Source: Candidatus Hermodarchaeota archaeon (GTDB taxonomy: Archaea; Asgardarchaeota; Lokiarchaeia; Sigyniarchaeales; SOKP01). Taken from it: a stretch of DNA of 64,000 nt. Made by a program: the position numbers and the translations under genes. Of the stretch, positions 41,915 to 52,551 are shown piece by piece. Location of the stretch: the NCBI GenBank assembly GCA_048885925.1, contig JBHLLG010000001.1, positions 227,105 to 291,104 of the forward strand, in the 5' to 3' direction. Numbering within the stretch: the stretch's first letter is position 1; the number at the start of each line of letters is the position of its first letter. Below the pieces are notes generated by a model. The model did not search any database. It worked only from the letters and a program-made list of their open reading frames with translations, and was not told where the DNA came from.

Positions 41915-43075
41915 TTAAAATGGAAAATTATAATTATTTAATCCAAGTTCATTTTGTATGATTTTAATATCATTTTGCAAACTTTTATTTATTGGAATTC
42001 CATTCCTTTTCTTTTCTAACTCATTATAATATTCTTTTTCCCCTGCAGTGTATATTCTTTCTTTTCCTGGTGCTTTCTTAGAACATCTCAATTCTCGCAT
42101 AATATTTCCTGTTATTCTTTTAAATTTTGATACTGGAATGAAATTCTGAACGTTAATAGCTAAAAAGAAATGTCCTACTTTTAATCTTTTTTGACCATTT
42201 TCAATAATTCCTGCTGTATCTTTTAGATATACTCCATCCTGCAACGCTGAAGATAATATCTCAGCAAAGGTAGCATAACCATAACCTTTGTGACCTGAAG
42301 TTTCCTCTCCTTTACCTCCTAATGGTAATAACGCCGCAGAACGATTGATTAATTTATTTAATACTATATTAGGATCAGTTTTTGAATTCCCATTGTTAGA
42401 AATAATTACCCCTTCTGGTAGAGATTTGTGAATACGATTATACACCTCAACCTTACCTCGTTGTATAATTGAAGTAGCAGCATCAATAAGAAACGGAAAA
42501 TCCTCGTCGGTAGGAGCTCCATAGGTTAAAGGATTAGTACCTAACATAGGTTCAATGCCAAAAGTAGGGGGTACAGATGGTCTTGTGTTAGTTGTTACAA
42601 AGCCAATCATTCCTTCCTTTATTGCCATAAGTGAATAATACCCAGCAATTCCAAAGTGAGAACTATTACGAACTGCAACAGCTCCGATACCATATTTTTT
42701 TGCTTTTTGAATTGCTAATTTCATTGCATTATAAGCGATAACATGTCCCATACCACATTTACCATCAATAACTGCTGTTGATTTATTATCAGAAATAATT
42801 TCCAAATCAGTTTTAGGATTATAAATTCCCTCTCTTATTCGATCGTAATACATTTTAAGTCTCTGAATTCCATGAGAATCAATACCCCTTAAATCTGATG
42901 ATATAAGAACATCCGCTATAATTTCGGCATCCTTTTTAGGAACTTTAAGATTAACAAAAACATTTTTTATAAAATCCTTAAGAAGATAAGCATCTAAATA
43001 AAATATTTCATCTGAGGAAGAATTTAATGTACTTTTCGTGTCCTTGTTTACTTTTTCTTTTAATATCTTTTCCAT
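41915..43075 (-). CDS. Ldh_2-family (malate/sulfolactate-type) dehydrogenase
   Basis: DLRGIDSHG, NSSHFG.AGYY, GTNP, GHKGYG. Confidence 0.9.
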   Translation of the reverse strand: MEKILKEKVNKDTKSTLNSSSDEIFYLDAYLLKDFIKNVFVNLKVPKKDAEIIADVLISSDLRGIDSHGIQRLKMYYDRIREGIYNPKTDLEIISDNKSTAVIDGKCGMGHVIAYNAMKLAIQKAKKYGIGAVAVRNSSHFGIAGYYSLMAIKEGMIGFVTTNTRPSVPPTFGIEPMLGTNPLTYGAPTDEDFPFLIDAATSIIQRGKVEVYNRIHKSLPEGVIISNNGNSKTDPNIVLNKLINRSAALLPLGGKGEETSGHKGYGYATFAEILSSALQDGVYLKDTAGIIENGQKRLKVGHFFLAINVQNFIPVSKFKRITGNIMRELRCSKKAPGKERIYTAGEKEYYNELEKKRNGIPINKSLQNDIKIIQNELGLNNYNFPF

Positions 43076-43335
43076 TATATTAACAAAAAATGTGATAGAA
43101 AAAAATTAGGAACCTTTCTATTTAATTAAAACCCTATTTTAGATAAGGTGAAAGTTAGTGATTTCCATGTTTTATTATTAATTTTTGAGATTTTATTTAA
43201 TAATATTCTATATCAAAAGAAAAATTTAGAATTATAGAAGGGACGAAAATTTTTATGTGAGAGAACTGATTTATAAAATAACGGCAGAAATTTTCTTTAT
43301 TTCAAAATGTTAAAGTCTAGAATTATAATAAAAAA

Positions 43336-43455
43336 TGGCTCCTGTCAATCCCCTGGATTTTTGTCTTTTGGTTGTGTAATTAATTACACATAGGAATAAC
43401 CTACTCTGCCTTTTGAAAATTTTTGCCTTATATTAAGGCTTTTTGGCAGGAGCCA
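43336..43455. ncRNA. 120-nt structured element (candidate ncRNA or MITE-like)
   Basis: 13-bp terminal arms TGGCTCCTGTCAA / TTGGCAGGAGCCA; three internal hairpins; no ORF. Confidence 0.5.
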
Positions 43456-43516
43456 CCTTTTATCAATTTCTGAACAGAGTTATTTACTTTTACTTTCCTT
43501 TATAAAAGGAGTTAGT

Positions 43517-44362
43517 TCAAAGTAATAAGAATATCTCAATCAAAAACAAATCTAAATTTAAATCTTTTAATAATTTCATATTATTATAGATGTATGTGTA
43601 AATATTTTCGTCGCTGAAATATTTAAAGCATAAACTTTTACCTTTTACTTCTTTTATAATTTTGACTATATTAGAGAGAATTAACTTCAAATTTTTTATA
43701 ACAAAATCCCTGTCACTCTTAATTAAGTTTATATCTATAATATTAAACCAATTTTCTTTACTGAAAGTTATATTCTCGAGTTCAGGATTTTTAATAAAAT
43801 CTTGTTTAGTTTTAAATTCAATACAGAACTCCTCTATTTTATTAAGAATTATATTTTTCGATTTGGTATACATTTTATTCTCAATAACATTTCTTAACAT
43901 TATTAGAATTTTTTGGAAGATACCTAAAGTATCAAAAAAATCTGCTACTTGTTCTAAATTTTCTACTTCTACCCATTGATTATAATAATCTTCAAGTTCA
44001 TTAAGAAATGGTAAAAAAACATTAATATCTCCGTCCCAACTTTTACCTTTTTTTATCCAGACAGGTTCATACTGTTTTATAAAGGAATTTTTAATTACAT
44101 TAAGTCTGCTTAATAAAAGCTCAGTCTTTATATGTTTTGTATCAGCTGCCACAAAAAGTAATTTAAATTTATCTTCTAGTATATAAACCCATCTTAAACC
44201 CCCCATCTCTATAGAGTCCAACGATTCTTTAAATTCCACCATTGAAAAATGGTGAAATGCCGTTAAAAAACCAGAAACTATATCCTCATCTGCATCTGTT
44301 TTCAAAAAGGATTTATATAATAATTTAATCCCTGATTCAGCATCCATTATCCAGATGAGCAA
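43517..44362 (-). CDS. longin-like domain protein
   Basis: WIMD.ESG..L..; IVSGFLTAF..FS..E..SIEM..LLFVA..L..IK..F...Y, an Asgard longin-type pattern. Confidence 0.65.
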   Translation of the reverse strand: MLIWIMDAESGIKLLYKSFLKTDADEDIVSGFLTAFHHFSMVEFKESLDSIEMGGLRWVYILEDKFKLLFVAADTKHIKTELLLSRLNVIKNSFIKQYEPVWIKKGKSWDGDINVFLPFLNELEDYYNQWVEVENLEQVADFFDTLGIFQKILIMLRNVIENKMYTKSKNIILNKIEEFCIEFKTKQDFIKNPELENITFSKENWFNIIDINLIKSDRDFVIKNLKLILSNIVKIIKEVKGKSLCFKYFSDENIYTYIYNNMKLLKDLNLDLFLIEIFLLL

Positions 44363-44581
44363 AAAAATCCCTTATGTGTGGATATTTTTAGTATCTTATA
44401 TGAAATAATAAATTCTCTATAAGAGAAAATAAATATATTAATCTTATAAATTATTTCAAACAATATTTATGATATTACGTAAGCATACAAATATTAAACC
44501 TTCAGAAGAAAAATAATCAAATTAAAATACTTAAATTAAAAATCAAATATAGAACATCAGATAGAGAAATCACAATTAGAA

Positions 44582-44824
44582 TTATAAATCAAAGTCTTTT
44601 TCTAAGGATTTGAAAAATCGCTTGCGGGTTTTTTTATCTTTTAATTCGTTAAAAGCATCCACTAATTCGTGTAGATCTTCTTCTGCTAATATATCTTCCT
44701 CATCAATATTACTATCAAGTGTCTCTTTAAAAAATGTTAATCCACATTGTGTACACTCTAAAAGATCTTCATACTCCATAATATTTTCCGATTTACACTG
44801 AGGACAGTAATACTTTTTAGGCAT
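44582..44824 (-). CDS. 80-aa Zn-ribbon protein with acidic tail (paralog of 59313-59555)
   Basis: CPQC-x13-CTQCG then an Asp/Glu-rich helix. Confidence 0.8.
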   Translation of the reverse strand: MPKKYYCPQCKSENIMEYEDLLECTQCGLTFFKETLDSNIDEEDILAEEDLHELVDAFNELKDKKTRKRFFKSLEKDFDL

Positions 44825-45021
44825 TTTGGTAGTGAAAAATATACAAAAATGGATTATTATTAATATTATTGCAACTTAAAATATAAACCTATCATTGGAA
44901 ATTATACCCAAAATATAAAGGGGAAAAAAATGGGAATTCTTACTATATTAGAACTATTGATCGATATAAGCTTAATTTTATTCTTTTTTCAAAGGATAGT
45001 ATCATAAAGATTCTAATTATT

Positions 45022-45570
45022 TTATTTATCTTTTTTAAAACATGGAATAAGAAAAGGAACTTTTTTCTTATAATCTATATAATTTTCACCAAATCGCTGA
45101 ATTAATTCCTTTTCTTCATAAAATAAAATTGCAATCAACATTGGATTATAAATAAATGTCATTAATACTAATGGAATAAGATCAAAAATAAGACTTACTC
45201 CAGGTAAAATGAATATAAAGCCTAATGTGATTGGATGACGACAAATAGAAAAAGCTCCACTTTTTATTAAAGTAGAATATTCAAGACTCTTTCCAATTTC
45301 CTGTCCACTTGCACGAGCTCTAGTTATTGAAGTTAAACCCCAAGTGAAAAAATAAAGTCCCCCAATAGTTAATAAGTAGCCCAAAATCAATTCAGCTAAT
45401 CGTAATGGAAAAGAAACATCATATCTAGGGAAAAACAACCACGGAAGCTCGAATAAGAACCATAAGTATATCATAATGCCTAATATTATAAAAAATAACA
45501 CATTTGGGAATATTACTATTATAAATCGAGAACTTTTCTTTTTGCCCTGAGAATAGTTTTTATCAGTCAC
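45022..45570 (-). CDS. ICMT/PEMT-family membrane methyltransferase
   Basis: LIKSGAFSICRHP...EEKEL..RFGE.Y..YKKKVP.LIP. Confidence 0.85.
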   Translation of the reverse strand: MTDKNYSQGKKKSSRFIIVIFPNVLFFIILGIMIYLWFLFELPWLFFPRYDVSFPLRLAELILGYLLTIGGLYFFTWGLTSITRARASGQEIGKSLEYSTLIKSGAFSICRHPITLGFIFILPGVSLIFDLIPLVLMTFIYNPMLIAILFYEEKELIQRFGENYIDYKKKVPFLIPCFKKDK

Positions 45571-45804
45571 AGTTCACTCATGACTTTAACTATTTGAATA
45601 TATTTTGTTACATCTTTCATATTTAAATAGTTGTCTTAGTTCTATAGTAAAAACTACACAAGCACAAAAAGAAATGAAAAATATAAAGTAGATTTAAGAT
45701 TTAGAGTTTTATTAATTTAGAGTTTACAAACTCTATTTTATAATATTAAATTTAGATAATTTACAAGTCAAATAGTTAAATTTTACTCTTTAATTATCTT
45801 TACT

Positions 45805-46200
45805 ATGGATAAACTTGAAAAGATCTTTTTAGAAATAAAAAGAATTTTAGAAAAAAACTCGAGTTCTTTTTTAATAAAGAATCAATATATTGGTTCTCAA
45901 GCAAAACAGCAAAAACCGGGGTATCATTTGTATGGAAGGAAGGAAGTTACTTTATTTGGAAAAAAACCACAAAATACTTATATCGCAGGAGTAATACAAC
46001 AAAAAAATTATGTCAGCTTTTATTTCTCCCCTATTTATTCACACCCTGATTTATTCACAGATATTAGTCTAGATCTTAAAAAATTTTTAAAAGGAAAGTC
46101 TTGTTTTAATATAAATAAAACTACTCCTCAACTTTTGAGGGAAATTGAAGATATATTGAAAAAAGGAATAGGCAAATACAAGAAAATCAAATGGGTATAA
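45805..46200 (+). CDS. DUF1801-like hypothetical protein
   Basis: QKNYVSFYFSPIY..LKGKSCFN. Confidence 0.65.
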   Translation: MDKLEKIFLEIKRILEKNSSSFLIKNQYIGSQAKQQKPGYHLYGRKEVTLFGKKPQNTYIAGVIQQKNYVSFYFSPIYSHPDLFTDISLDLKKFLKGKSCFNINKTTPQLLREIEDILKKGIGKYKKIKWV

Positions 46201-46420
46201 ATTTAAAAGAAAAAGAATTGTTTTCCTTAATTTAAGATAATTTGATTAAAAATAATATGAATATCTAAATGAAAACTAATGATTTGAAAATTAAAAGATT
46301 ACATGAAAAGTATTAAATTTGCGATATAAAATAGGATCCTTATTTATATTAATTAAGGTTTTATAAAAAAAATTTTTTATCATCAAATTCGCCTTATTAT
46401 TTTTCTAAAATTTGTTTTTC

Positions 46421-46810
46421 TTAGTTTAATTCAATTATTATCCTTAACATAATATAGATTATAACAGGCATAAAGGGAAGTATTAAAACAAAAATCACTA
46501 GACCTATTGGACCAATGACCAACGTGCTTAGCGGAATCCACCACCATAAATACCATCTCTCAGAAACAATTGAAATTGATAAAACACAACCTATTACGCC
46601 TCCAAGAATTAATAAAAAAATCAGAGGTTTTTTATGCAATAAATACCAATAATACTTCCCTATCAAACTTTTCTTGGTGCATACTCTTTTTCTTTTTTCT
46701 AAACTAAATAAAGTCTCTTCTTCTTGCCCATATTTATTAAATCTCTCATTTATTTCTAGATCATCGACTAAAATAGAAATATGATTTTTTGAATTGCTTA
46801 TATTTGCCAC
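46421..46810 (-). CDS. membrane protein, unknown function
   Basis: Two C-terminal TM segments; GAGGTG start context. Confidence 0.55.
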   Translation of the reverse strand: MANISNSKNHISILVDDLEINERFNKYGQEEETLFSLEKRKRVCTKKSLIGKYYWYLLHKKPLIFLLILGGVIGCVLSISIVSERWYLWWWIPLSTLVIGPIGLVIFVLILPFMPVIIYIMLRIIIELN

Positions 46811-46952
46811 CTCGTTTTTTCATATAATTTTTTAGGAAATTAATTTGTGCGTGTTTTTTTTGAATTAAATTTTATATGTCTATCTATTCAACCATATTGG
46901 GAAATCCAAAAAAAAATAAAAAAATATATTTTTAAAATTAAATTATATAATT

Positions 46953-47288
46953 TCATTCAATTGTTTTAGTAGCTTCACTTACCATCAAGTTTCTTTCTAG
47001 TGCCTTATTCCCAGCGACTTTTACAACGACAGCTCCTATGAGTAATGGCACGAATATAATTAATTTATCCTTAGCAAGTGTCCAATAACCCTCAGCAATA
47101 GCTTGTTGAACCCTTGGATCGTCCATGTAATAGCCATAAATAGATTCTAAATAGTCTATATATTCGGTAAATTCTACCATATCACTTATCATGATAAAGA
47201 GAAATATAAAACCTATCAAGGCGAGGATTCCTGCTATCACATTAATCGCTAATTTTCCTTTTCTTATTTCTTCTCTTTCCATTTTCAC
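46953..47288 (-). CDS. 2-TM membrane protein
   Basis: Strong SD AGGAGG upstream; two hydrophobic helices. Confidence 0.7.
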   Translation of the reverse strand: MKMEREEIRKGKLAINVIAGILALIGFIFLFIMISDMVEFTEYIDYLESIYGYYMDDPRVQQAIAEGYWTLAKDKLIIFVPLLIGAVVVKVAGNKALERNLMVSEATKTIE

Positions 47289-47536
47289 ATCAACCTCCTT
47301 TTTTATTAAATATTTTTATTTGAGTTTTTTTTAATTTTAATAAATGTAAACTTCTTTATTTAGTTCTTTATGTAGAACTTTTTGCGAAGTTCGAAGAGGA
47401 AAGTTAGGTAAGAATATATTAAAAAGTATTTTTATATTTCAATATTTTGGTAGCAGAAATGAAATCCGACATTCTCAAGGCATTTTTTGGATTCAATTCA
47501 ATTTTTAAAAAAAGTAAAAAAATTTAATTAAGTTAG

Positions 47537-48031
47537 TTAATCACGTTCCATAAAGACAGAGAGTATACCGAAAGCTCCCCCCGCGAGTATTAAATATACA
47601 CCTAATGCTAAATCTCCTAAATTTACGAGAACTGGAAAAAAATCGCCAAATTGTTCTCCTAAAAATACATTAGCAAAAAAAGCAGATTTAATTCCTAGAA
47701 AGTCAGTATATGCTAAAAATATGAACAATAGTCCTACTCCAAGAGGAAAGAGTGAAAATATGAAACTAACAGCTCTACTTTCTATACTAAGCATTTGTAA
47801 AACTCCAGCGCCAAGAAAGATGATAAACAGTACTAAGTATACGTAATAAAGCGCAACTGGAGTGCTTAATAAAGCGGCTATAGTATCAGCTTCCGTGAAT
47901 AAGTCAGGTATATTCATAATAAAGCCAATACCGGATCCAACACTACCTGTAACCCCATAAAGAGCAAAAACATAAGTCCCTACAAGAGTTAATAAGCCTC
48001 CTAAAAACGCAAAAACTTTTCCTGCACTCAT
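47537..48031 (-). CDS. 4-TM Gly-rich membrane protein
   Basis: Hydrophobic ORF of 164 aa. Confidence 0.7.
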   Translation of the reverse strand: MSAGKVFAFLGGLLTLVGTYVFALYGVTGSVGSGIGFIMNIPDLFTEADTIAALLSTPVALYYVYLVLFIIFLGAGVLQMLSIESRAVSFIFSLFPLGVGLLFIFLAYTDFLGIKSAFFANVFLGEQFGDFFPVLVNLGDLALGVYLILAGGAFGILSVFMERD

Positions 48032-48357
48032 AGTTTTATACCTTTATAAAAATTCAAACAATTAATTAATAATTAAAGCATTGTTAGGAGTAATTTAACT
48101 TGATAATATTTAAAAATTTAGTTATTTACATAGTTTCCAATAGTGTATAATATCGGCTTTCTATAAAAAATAAATACCATTCGTTCAATTAAATTATTTA
48201 ATAATAACTGCATATGATATTTAGGTCTATCTTCTGAATTACAAAAAAAAGAAGATCTGTTAAGGGGAAAATTCTTTTTCTTTTTCATTCTTTTTTTTAA
48301 AAAGTTGATATTTTATTTAGGGTATTTAAATTCTTACCAATTAGAATCTTAAAGAAA

Positions 48358-51270
48358 TTAATGAGAATGGTTTAATTTTTCTTTTTTTATTTTTTCCAGC
48401 TGTCGATTGGTGATAACGAGTGCCACTCCCGGAACTAGAATAAATGTAACAGTTAAAGGAATGGCAGGTGCTATATCGAGATTCTTCTTTACGAGAATGA
48501 TACCTTGATAGAATGTCATATTTTCGATACTAGCAACTTGAAACCCATCATCAAGAAAAATTTCAATGCGATAATTTCCTTCAACAAGAGGATAATAATC
48601 TAGCGTAAACATACTAAATTTGGTTGATTTGTTATGGGAAAAATATTCAAGTGAATCAAAGATATTCTCTATAAATACTTGAATATAAGCACTTCCGTAT
48701 GTTAATTCATGGCGAGATACATTACCAGAAATTAACGAACTGTTGATCTGCATGTGAATTATATATTCTTCAAGTTCAATTGATACTTTCTTTTCTAATT
48801 CATAGGTGGTTGTAAACGAGAGGGGATACTCTGCTTTAAGTATGCTTCCTTCATAGGCACAGAGCTTTCCAGAAATTACAGGATAATTTTCGGGAAGAAG
48901 TGGAATTAAAATTTCTTGGGAATAGGTATTATTAGCTCCTTTAATGAAAGCAAAAGTTCCTAATTGATCACATTCAAACTTAAAGGTTATATAGGTACCA
49001 AAATCACGTAATATTAGGTTTTGAAGGGACGCACTCATTTTATTAGAGCCTCCAATGTATGCCTCGTGGTCATAGATGGCGTTAATTTTAATTTCGCTAT
49101 TCCTTGCCATCTCGCAGATCCATAAGAATGCTTCTTGATTAATTGTAGTTCTATCAGTGGTTTCATAAAATTCTTTAAGCTCATTATCATAAAGCGTGTG
49201 GACTAAATTCTGAACTTTTAAAGTATTAAACTCAATATCCAAACCCAAAATCTCTGAAATCTTATAACAATAATACACATTTTCAATATTATTGTAATTT
49301 AGATTAGCAAGCACGAAATTCTTGATTTTATTGGTGTTCTTTATATACATATCTAATGTTTTAAGTAAATATATCATATAATAGGTATTTCGTAAGGTAA
49401 TTTCAAGATCATTAGTATATTTAGGATTAAAATAAAGTGTTGTTGGCGTTTCGATTATATTCCGATCAATAAAGCCAAATAGAGCATTTTTATCAAATCC
49501 TAAAGTAGTAAGCTCTCCCAAATCTAAATACTTTTCTAACAGTTCCAGACATTTAATTGCGTAATAGGAATTCTCCAAAAAGATTTTATTACTTAGATAC
49601 TCAGATTGACTTTCCTGAAAATATGGTAAAAAAGTAAATCCACCATAGCTCTCGTAATAGGAATCATTTAGAAATTGAGTAGCAATAATGTCATTCATTA
49701 ATTTTTGAAGGTCAAATTGAGAGGCAAAATCGTCCAGCTTAAATAAAGTCCTTAATATATCAAGGGCTAAAAATGTGGATTTATGAGAGCTTAGTCGAGC
49801 AATACGGTCTACAAAATAAGAAAAGTATTCCACAGGATAAGAACGAAGTAACAGAAATTCCCGTGATTTTTCTAAATATCCACTAAAAAAATTGGCAATT
49901 GGCTGAGTTTGAGTATAGAAATAAGAATCTTTAACTTGGGTATACAAAGAAGGAATATTGAGTTCTGACATTCTATCATACAAATCAAACACCAAGACTA
50001 TGGTATGCAATAAATTCATAGAAGTATAATCCTCTGAAACAGAAGAATATCCGTTATAATACCAATAATACATGGTAGAATTCCCTATTTCATCTTTTTC
50101 TTCTAATGTGAGCTGTGATAATTCTTGATAATCATAAAGAGATCTAAGAATTTGAAAGGTATCAATTAATTCATGATGGGGAATAGTGGTTGATCCATCC
50201 CAATTTCCCAAAGCATTCCGATTGCTTAAAAGAAAATTAAAAAGTGCCATATTATCAATAGAAGTAAACCCCGTAATATTGGAAAGATCTAATCCAATCG
50301 AAGTTGCTACAATATTAGAGTAATTTACATTGTAATCCAATTCACTCATCCGAAAATAATCATCATTATAGAGATAATTAAGGAATTGATGAAAATCACT
50401 GGTTCGAATGGTGCCTACCATTCCAAATACTTGCAGTGCTTTGAGGCAATAGTACGAAGCAAGCAAGCTTGGATCGAAATATGGATATAAACTATCAAAT
50501 CTCGTATTCAAATCATTTACAAAACCTCCAGCATTCCATCCTGATCCTCCCGGCAATTGTAGATCATTAATAAATTGAATAATATCATGTCGTTCTGTAG
50601 CATACCCCACCCAGTCATCCATTAATAAATCTAAAGTCTTAACAGCGAAATAAGTATTATCTGCGGTTGCGACTTTAAATTCCTCTTCTAAAGCGGAGTC
50701 ATATGGTTGTCCTATAAATCCACTTGAAACATCATTATAACAACTCCAAATGAAACTAATCATTTCTGGGATATCTATCTCATCTAAAGCATTCAATATC
50801 TCCAAGGAAAGAACGGCATAACAATTGATTTCTAATACCGTAGATAAGGGATAATATTTTTGAGAAAAATCAGCATTTAAATATCGATATGCTAGCTCAT
50901 CCATAAAGATATAGGATTCAGGATCATAATGCGAAATGATATATTCTACAAACCACGATTGATTTATTCCATCGAGTTTATCAAGGGCGTGAAGAATAAA
51001 CAATACATGATAGGCAGCCTGGATGGAAGGTTTATATAGCTGCGAAAAATAGCCTTGACTATAATATTGTGAAATTTTACTATTTATAATATCGTTAATA
51101 TGATCTTTATTATTTGAAGTAGAGAGAAGTGGTACATCTGGGTATTCAGCTTGGACTGGTGTTTCTGTATTTAAAGTATAAGATAAATAAGAATCTTTTT
51201 GAAAAATAACACTATAGCAGAAAAAACCAATAATCAGACCTATAATGATAATATTTTTTCTAATCTTCAT
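48358..51270 (-). CDS. membrane-anchored extracellular protein with prenyltransferase/squalene-oxidase-type repeats
   Basis: N-terminal signal/TM; repeated GGF/GF..x..TYFAV..L.LL units; beta-rich stalk; C-terminal TM plus basic tail. Confidence 0.75.
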   Translation of the reverse strand: MKIRKNIIIIGLIIGFFCYSVIFQKDSYLSYTLNTETPVQAEYPDVPLLSTSNNKDHINDIINSKISQYYSQGYFSQLYKPSIQAAYHVLFILHALDKLDGINQSWFVEYIISHYDPESYIFMDELAYRYLNADFSQKYYPLSTVLEINCYAVLSLEILNALDEIDIPEMISFIWSCYNDVSSGFIGQPYDSALEEEFKVATADNTYFAVKTLDLLMDDWVGYATERHDIIQFINDLQLPGGSGWNAGGFVNDLNTRFDSLYPYFDPSLLASYYCLKALQVFGMVGTIRTSDFHQFLNYLYNDDYFRMSELDYNVNYSNIVATSIGLDLSNITGFTSIDNMALFNFLLSNRNALGNWDGSTTIPHHELIDTFQILRSLYDYQELSQLTLEEKDEIGNSTMYYWYYNGYSSVSEDYTSMNLLHTIVLVFDLYDRMSELNIPSLYTQVKDSYFYTQTQPIANFFSGYLEKSREFLLLRSYPVEYFSYFVDRIARLSSHKSTFLALDILRTLFKLDDFASQFDLQKLMNDIIATQFLNDSYYESYGGFTFLPYFQESQSEYLSNKIFLENSYYAIKCLELLEKYLDLGELTTLGFDKNALFGFIDRNIIETPTTLYFNPKYTNDLEITLRNTYYMIYLLKTLDMYIKNTNKIKNFVLANLNYNNIENVYYCYKISEILGLDIEFNTLKVQNLVHTLYDNELKEFYETTDRTTINQEAFLWICEMARNSEIKINAIYDHEAYIGGSNKMSASLQNLILRDFGTYITFKFECDQLGTFAFIKGANNTYSQEILIPLLPENYPVISGKLCAYEGSILKAEYPLSFTTTYELEKKVSIELEEYIIHMQINSSLISGNVSRHELTYGSAYIQVFIENIFDSLEYFSHNKSTKFSMFTLDYYPLVEGNYRIEIFLDDGFQVASIENMTFYQGIILVKKNLDIAPAIPLTVTFILVPGVALVITNRQLEKIKKEKLNHSH

Positions 51271-51506
51271 ATCAGAACCAAAATATGTTTAATCTTAATC
51301 TTATATTGTAATTATTTAAATGAAAAATCAAAAAATCAGGATAAAAAAGAAATTTTATGAAAAAAATAAGAATTCAATAATAAAAAATGAATTAATTTCG
51401 AGTCATACCTCGAAATAAATTTACCATGTCCTTATCTCAAGACTTATTATTTGTCTCCAATGCTTTTATGCATATTTCTATTTGAAATGCCTGTTAACCT
51501 GATTAA

Positions 51507-51884
51507 GTGAACATTTTCTTTGATATTTTAAGTAAAATCTATGGTTCTGCCACTTCTGAAATAATGTACCTTTTTTATTTAATTAATAAATTTAAACGAG
51601 AATTTCGGGAAGATACAGTTGTATAGATTCAATCAATACTCAGTGCTATCGAACCTCCAGTTAGTATTGATGCGCTATTTAGAACGCTCGGAGCTTTTAT
51701 ATTATGGCGAATTATTGGTAAATATTGGGAAAAAAATCTAGAATTACGATTAAATCTTAATGGAGATATGATACGGAATAAAAATTATAAATTTTATATA
51801 TCGGTATTGATATCTAAACTTCTTAAAACTACATTAAAACAAAAAATTGTAAATGAATTTAACTCATTTTTAGAAAGATTCTAA
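51507..51884 (+). pseudogene. unannotated ORF split by an in-frame TAG (51624-51626)
   Basis: GTG 51507 (or ATG 51564) runs to the TAG; the same frame stays open for 85 more sense codons to TAA at 51884. Confidence 0.5.
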
Positions 51885-51892
51885 TTTTTTTT

Positions 51893-52432
51893 TTAATCAT
51901 TATCTTCCTTTTTTTGAGCCTTGGTCTCTCTATATTTAAGATACCTTCTTTTTAGAATCATTATTAACAGGTAATAAAAAGCACTGGTTCCGATGATAAT
52001 TAATATTATAAGTATAATAGAACCAACTACATAATAGGGTGGGTATGTCAAGATTGTAAATAGATTGACTTTAAATGAAACGAAAGTGATATAGGTAAAT
52101 AAAGTAATTAACCCTAATAAAGGAATGAATTTCGCTATTAAAATAAGGAACGCTCTAAAGTAATATTTAAACCAGATCCATCTTTTCTTGAGTGAAGATC
52201 TAATTCGATTCTGGAGTGGTTCTAAATACCTCACAGGCTTATGCCTTTCTGTTGGTAATTTATCCGTTAGTCTTGGCACTTCTTTAGCTAATTCTAAAAT
52301 ATGTTCTTGAATTATTTGAAGTTCCTTCATAAATGGTTTAATTTGTTCAAAATCTTCTCCCTTTGTCAATTGTTCCAATTGCTCTTGATGGTTTTTAAGA
52401 AATCGTTTATACTTGTTTTTCAACCTTGTCAT
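51893..52432 (-). CDS. coiled-coil plus 2-TM membrane protein
   Basis: Charged helical N-half, two hydrophobic helices. Confidence 0.65.
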   Translation of the reverse strand: MTRLKNKYKRFLKNHQEQLEQLTKGEDFEQIKPFMKELQIIQEHILELAKEVPRLTDKLPTERHKPVRYLEPLQNRIRSSLKKRWIWFKYYFRAFLILIAKFIPLLGLITLFTYITFVSFKVNLFTILTYPPYYVVGSIILIILIIIGTSAFYYLLIMILKRRYLKYRETKAQKKEDND

Positions 52433-52551
52433 ACATATATATTATTCATACGGCTATTTAAAAAGAAAATAAAAAAAAAACTACTATTGTCTTTTTTTTT
52501 AAATAGAATTGGATCTTATTATTTTAAATCAATACCAAACAATGAACAAAA

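Noticed and set aside
43336-43455. 5S rRNA or SECIS identity for the 120-nt element
   Set aside because: Size fits 5S but the conserved CCGAAC-type loop is absent; no AUGA/GA core, and the upstream TGA is a normal terminus
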